A stretch of DNA of 64,000 nucleotides from the human T2T-CHM13v2.0 reference genome, Homo sapiens, in NCBI RefSeq assembly GCF_009914755.1, contig NC_060942.1; one strand, given 5' to 3'. Below the pieces are notes generated by a model. The model made no database searches. It was not told where the DNA came from and saw nothing but the letters and a program-made list of their open reading frames with translations. This document shows positions 1-64,000 of the stretch, piece by piece. The stretch's first letter is position 1. Every line of letters begins with the position of its first letter. A program made the position numbers and the translations under genes.

Positions 1-121
1 CACAAGAAACATCTGATTACCATTTTTGATGAAAATTGTAGAAGAGGGATCATAATATTTCAGACTTTTTAAACAAATTGAATATTTATTATACATAAAA
101 ATAAAACAAAGTAGATTTATT

Positions 122-1418
<1,297 letters not shown>

Positions 1419-1624
1419 TTACAAAATTTTTAAAACGTGCTCAATTTTAAAACAAAAATCAGTATGGAATCACTCACATATGCTTGTTTTCAGTGGTCTC
1501 ACACAATCAATCTCTCATTTAGATTAGTCACATATATGCTGATTTTTTTATCACAATGAAAGAAAAAAGGGTTTCAGAAGATAGAATCCATGAAGAGGCT
1601 AATAATGAATCCTCTGACCACAGA

Positions 1625-2367
1625 AAATCAGTGATCGACTGCAAGATCACAATTTATCGGTATCATAACAAAGAGGTATAATAAAGTTTTTCTAAAATAC
1701 CCAATTCATTTTTACAACAAATCACAGTGATAAATATTTCTAAATGATTCATGTACTTTCATATGAGGTTATTAATATTTATGCTTTTCTGGTATTAGTT
1801 TTTTCCTACTCTTGCTTCAAGGTCCAACCATAAATTTCTGGACAGTCTCAAATATCCCAAGGACCACGAATAAACCACAAAAGTGGTAATTCATTAACAT
1901 TTATTTTCACCAATGCAATAAATAAATCTGTCATGAGGTTAATTTCTCCTAATCTGTATAAAATAATTCCATTAACCTGTGAAAAGTAATGATCATACTG
2001 ATTTGTCTAGGGCTCAAACCCTTAGACAAACATCTCTTTGATTACCTGTTTGTGTAAAGAAAACTGAATGCATTTTATATTAATATTTAAACTACTGATA
2101 ACTGTAAACAAAGTAGCATTTATTAAAATAGAATATACACTTAATTTATACTAAATTCCAGGGAGATTTATACAAGTTTTTCAGCCTTAATTTTTAAAGG
2201 AATGCATGATTTTTTTTAAACATTACCAGTCAAGTATATACAAAATTGAAGTATGCCATTCAAGCCAGATTGTGATTTTAAAATAACAAACCTCTAAATA
2301 GCTAAGTAATGTACAATGTGTAAAATTCCAATTAAACACAGGTATAAATCTTATATAAATATTGGCC
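1625..2367 (-). other. CEP76: CEP76 3'UTR (end approximate) with candidate poly(A) signals
   Basis: AT-rich and repeat-free; minus-strand AATAAA at 2119-2124 and 1900-1905, variant GATAAA near 1653-1658. The true cleavage site cannot be read from sequence. Confidence 0.55.
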
Positions 2368-31551
<29,184 letters not shown>

Positions 31552-31743
31552 GCTGGCAGCCGGCGTCTCCCCGCCGCTTCTCCCCGCCTCAGATGCCCTA
31601 ACTGCGCGGCCCCGGCCGGGCCAGGGAGCGTTAGGAGCGACTGGAGCACAAAGCGCCGCAGCCGTTCGCCTAGCGCAGCTCCCGGGGGACGCAACGCCGC
31701 GTCAGGCCGGGGGCTGACCTGGAAATGAGGCCCCGGCGGCGGC

Positions 31744-31770
31744 GGCGCCAACTGTTTTCAAACAGTGGCG
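31744..31770. promoter_or_regulatory. Composite E2F-like (TTGGCGCC), MYB (CAACTG) and CHR (TTTGAA) element
   Basis: ggcgccaactgttttcaaacagtggcg; motif matches only, no functional data. Confidence 0.55.
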
Positions 31771-32110
31771 GACAAACAGGGCTTGGGGCTGGCCCGCACG
31801 CTGCCTGATCGTTTCCGCCCGCCGCTCCACCTCCCCGCGGGCCCCGCACCCCGAGACCTCAGCGCACCCCATCGCCTTGCTTGCCAGGGTCTCCGAAAGC
31901 GCTGCTGGCCCCTCTTCGCGGCCACCCGGCGGCCTCTTTCCGCCCTCTGAACCGGCAGTTAGCTGGACGGGCCTCAAGGGCCCGGCGCCCAGGGACTCAA
32001 AGGACCCTCCCGCGCCCCGCGAGGCTCCGGGGTCTCGGGCTTCCGCCTTCTTGCTGCCCTCGTTCTTGCCAGGGCCGCGGTTAGTCCCTGCTGGCCACCC
32101 CACTGCGACC

Positions 32111-54530
<22,420 letters not shown>

Positions 54531-54715
54531 TCTAATTTCTGTTTTATACCTTATACCCAAAACACTTACTACCAACACAGCTGTTAAACATTCTATACAA
54601 AAAAATTGTATGATCTGGTATTAGGAAATTACTTTCACAGTAAATATCAAAGAAAAAAGATTAAGGGTCTCTTTGCCATGCTTTTCATCATATGCACCAA
54701 ATGTAAATTTTGTAC

Positions 54716-54721
54716 AATAAA
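54716..54721 (+). terminator. PSMG2: PSMG2 polyadenylation signal AATAAA
   Basis: About 185 nt after the stop; TGTA motifs upstream and T/GT-rich sequence downstream. Confidence 0.85.
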
Positions 54722-54777
54722 ATTTTATTTCCTAAGTAATTTTGTCTTAAATGTATTTTTTTTAATTTCAGACTCTC

Positions 54778-55305
54778 TATTAGCTTCCTAGTTTGTCTCT
54801 AATAAATCACCACAAACTTAGTGACTTAAAACACACCAGTTTAATTTTTTCATTAACTAATTAATTAATTTTCATTCTGTATTTTAAGTAAAATGAGACG
54901 AGGTCTTGCCATGTTGCCCAGGCTGGTCTCAAACTCCTGGGCTCAGGCAATCCTCCTGCCATGTCCTCCCAAAGTGCTGAGATTACAGGCATTACACCAC
55001 TATGCCCAGCCACAAATTTGCTTTTAAATTCTGACTTCTGAGTTCTAGGAGTCAGAAATCCAACAGTGGGTCTGACGAGACTAAAATCAGGGTGATCGCA
55101 GGGCACTGCTCCTGAGGAAGGCCTTAGGGAGAATTTGTGTTCTGCTGTTTCCAGCTTCTAGAGGCTGCCATATTATTTGGCTCATGGGCCCTTCTATCTT
55201 CAAAGCCAGCAGCTTAGCATCTTCAAATCTCTCAGTTATAAAAGGACCCTGTGATTGCATTGGGCCCACCCCAATAATCCAGGATAGTTTCCCCATTTTA
55301 GAATA
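54778..55305 (-). mobile_element. MLT1-type MaLR LTR (MLT1C/D-like) split by an Alu monomer
   Basis: accacaaacttagtgacttaaaaca...ttccagcttctagaggctgcc...gggcccaccccaataatccaggata. Confidence 0.8.
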
Positions 55306-55567
55306 ATTTTACTATAAAAGAAATAATAAAAATAGTTATCATTTTCGAGTGCCTGCTGCATACTAGTCACTGTTCACCCCTAGTCTTTGGGATGTACGAT
55401 TTCACTGTGTTACCTCTGTGCCTTGGCTCTCTCATCTGTAACACAAGGGCTTGTAATATTTAAGGATACAACTACTTCCCAGCACTCCGGAAAGGTTTCC
55501 TTTTGATATGTAAATCATGCTGGATTCTGTGGCCTATTTCTGTTTCCCTTTTGGTTAAAATATGAAA

Positions 55568-57030
<1,463 letters not shown>

Positions 57031-57044
57031 ATAATTTTTTTTTT

Positions 57045-58340
<1,296 letters not shown>

Positions 58341-58609
58341 AATAATTTTTTTAAGATGAGAGATCTTGCTATGTTGTCCAGGCTGGTTTTGAACTCCTGA
58401 GCTCAAGCCATCCTCCCACCTTGGCCTCCAAAAGTGCTGGGGTTACAGGCATGAGCCACTGCACCTGGCCCTACATCAATAATTTAAAAGTAGAGTTGTA
58501 AAAGTGGTTTTTGTATATGATTGAGTAAGTTGTTATCAGCTTAAAATAGATTATTACAAGTATAAGATGTCTCATGTAAGTCCCAGGATAACCACAAAGT
58601 AAATACCTA

Positions 58610-61180
<2,571 letters not shown>

Positions 61181-61182
61181 TA

Positions 61183-63060
61183 CTAGCAACCCAAATTCAA
61201 CAGTACATTAACAGGATCATATACCATGACCAAAAGCAATTCATCCCTGGATGTGAGGATGGTTCAACATATGGAAATGAATAAATGCACTACAACACCT
61301 TAACAGAAAAAGGACAAAGATCATATGTCAATTCACGCAGAACAAGCACTTGACAAAACTCAACTCCCTTCCAATGCAAAACAATCAATGAACTAGGACT
61401 CCAGGGAAATTACTTCAACCTTGGTAGTCAAGGTCATATATGAAATGCCCACAGCTAAAGTCATACTCAATGGTGAAAAACTGAACGCTTTCCATTCTTA
61501 CCAATTTTATTCAATGTAGTTCTTAAGTCCTAGCCAGAGAAATATACAAGAAAAAGAAATAAAAATGCATCTAGATTGGAAAAGAAGCAAAATGTTGTCT
61601 GTTAGCAGAGGACATGAACTCATATGTAAAAAACCCTTAAAATTCCATGAAATGTTAAAACTAATAAATGAATTCAGCAAAATTGCAGGATACAAAATCA
61701 ACATTCCAGCATCAGTTGTGTTTCTGTACACAATGAACAATCCAATAAATAAATAAAGAACATCCCGTTTACAATAGCATAAAAGAGAATAAAATAAGTT
61801 GGGCATGGCGGCTCATACCTGTAATCCCAGCACTTTGGGAGGCCAAGGCAGGCAGATCATGAGGTCAAGAGATTGAGACCATCCTGGCCAACATGGTGAA
61901 ACCCCATCTCTACTAAAAATACAAAGTTTAGCTGGGCGTGGTGGCGCGAGCCTGTAGTCCCAGCTATTTGGGAGGCTGGGGCAGAAGAACCGCTTGAACC
62001 GGAGAGGCAGAGGTTGCAGTGTCCGAGATCACGCCACTGCACTCCAGCCTGGTGACAGAGCGAGACTCCGTCTCAAAAAACAAAAAAAAACAAAAAAAAA
62101 AGAGAGAATAAAATAGTAATAAACTAAACCAAGGAGGCAAAAGAGTTATATAATGAAAATGATAAGACATTGCTGAAAGAGATTAAAGAAGACACAAATA
62201 AATAGAAATACATCTCATGTTCATGGATTGGAAGACTTAGTATTGATAAGCTGTCCATACTACCTGAAGCAGTCTACAGATTCAACGCAATCTGTATCAA
62301 AATCTCAATGGCTTTTTTTTTTGCAGACACAGAAAAAAAATCCTAAATTCATATTGAATCTAAAAGGACCCCAAATAACCTTGAAAAAGAACAAAGCTGG
62401 AGACCTCACACTTCCTGATTTCAAAGCATATTACAATGTTAGAGTAATTGAAACAATATGGTACTGGCATAAAGACAGACATATAGACCAATGGAACAAA
62501 ATACAGAGCCCAGAACAAAATACAAGGCATATTACAAAGCTATAGTAATTGAAACAATATGGAATTGGCATAAAGACAGACATATAGACCAATGGAACAA
62601 AATACAGAGCCCAGAAATAAACCCTCATGTTTACTGTCAAAGATCTTCAACTAAGATGCCAAGACTACACAATGAAGAAAGGATAGCTCTTCAACAAATG
62701 ATGCCGCGGAAATTGCATATCCACGTAGGAAAGAAAAAAATGGGCCCTTAATCTACATCATATACAAAAATTAATTCAAAATGAATTAAAGACCTAAACC
62801 TAAGACCTGAAACTATGAAACTAAAAGAAAACATAGGGGAGAAACTTCATAACATTAGGAGAAGGGCAATGATTTCTTGGCTATGACACCAAAGGCACAG
62901 GTAACAAAATATAAAATAGACAAATGGGACTACATCAAAAACTTCTGCACAGCAAAGAAAACAACACAGTGAAAAAGAAACCTACAGAATGGGAGAAAAT
63001 ACTTGAAAATCATTTATCTGATAAAGGGCTAACATCCAGAATATATATTTTTAAATGTTC
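61183..63060 (+). mobile_element. Decayed L1M ORF2 (RT and C-terminal region) split by an Alu at ~61800-62105
   Basis: Peptide remnants [33 protein letters not shown]...[13 protein letters not shown]. Confidence 0.88.
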
Positions 63061-63124
63061 AAGGGATACCTCGTTTACCCTGATATTATTATTATACATT
63101 ATATTCTCGTATCAAAATGCGAGT

Positions 63125-63127
<3 letters not shown>

Positions 63128-63167
<40 letters not shown>
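63128..63167 (+). repeat. (AT)~20 microsatellite
   Basis: Read directly. Confidence 0.93.
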
Positions 63168-63170
<3 letters not shown>

Positions 63171-63209
63171 TACTATGTACCCATAAAAATTAAAAATTTT
63201 TTAAAAATG

Positions 63210-64000
<791 letters not shown>

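Noticed and set aside
61507-63193. L1 ORF2 peptides as an active reverse transcriptase
   Set aside because: Short fragments with many stops, frameshifts and an Alu insertion.

Overview
This is Alu-dense primate DNA that I recognise as the human CEP76/PSMG2 locus (18p11.21, from memory). Two complete spliced genes lie head-to-head across a shared CpG-island promoter, with their ATGs 560 bp apart. CEP76 is on the minus strand (12 coding exons, 31551 to 2368, 1980 nt, 659 aa). PSMG2 (proteasome assembly chaperone 2) is on the plus strand (7 coding exons, 32111 to 54530, 795 nt, 264 aa). I assembled both by hand; all introns are GT-AG and all phases join in frame. The rest is mostly transposon fossils: roughly 70 Alus, L1/L2/MIR pieces, two ERV1-type solo LTRs, an MLT1 LTR, MER2, MER3-like, an HSMAR2 5' end and a partial Tigger1. 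Nearly all ORFs in the supplied track are Alu or L1 artefacts. I found no convincing new biological system. The best leads are small: a perfect 19-bp hairpin in CEP76 intron 1, a dyad-symmetric E2F/MYB/CHR element in the promoter, an intact transglutaminase-like triad in CEP76, inverted Alu pairs around exons and a few cryptic splice options. Repeat family names come from recalled consensus sequences, and repeat boundaries are approximate.
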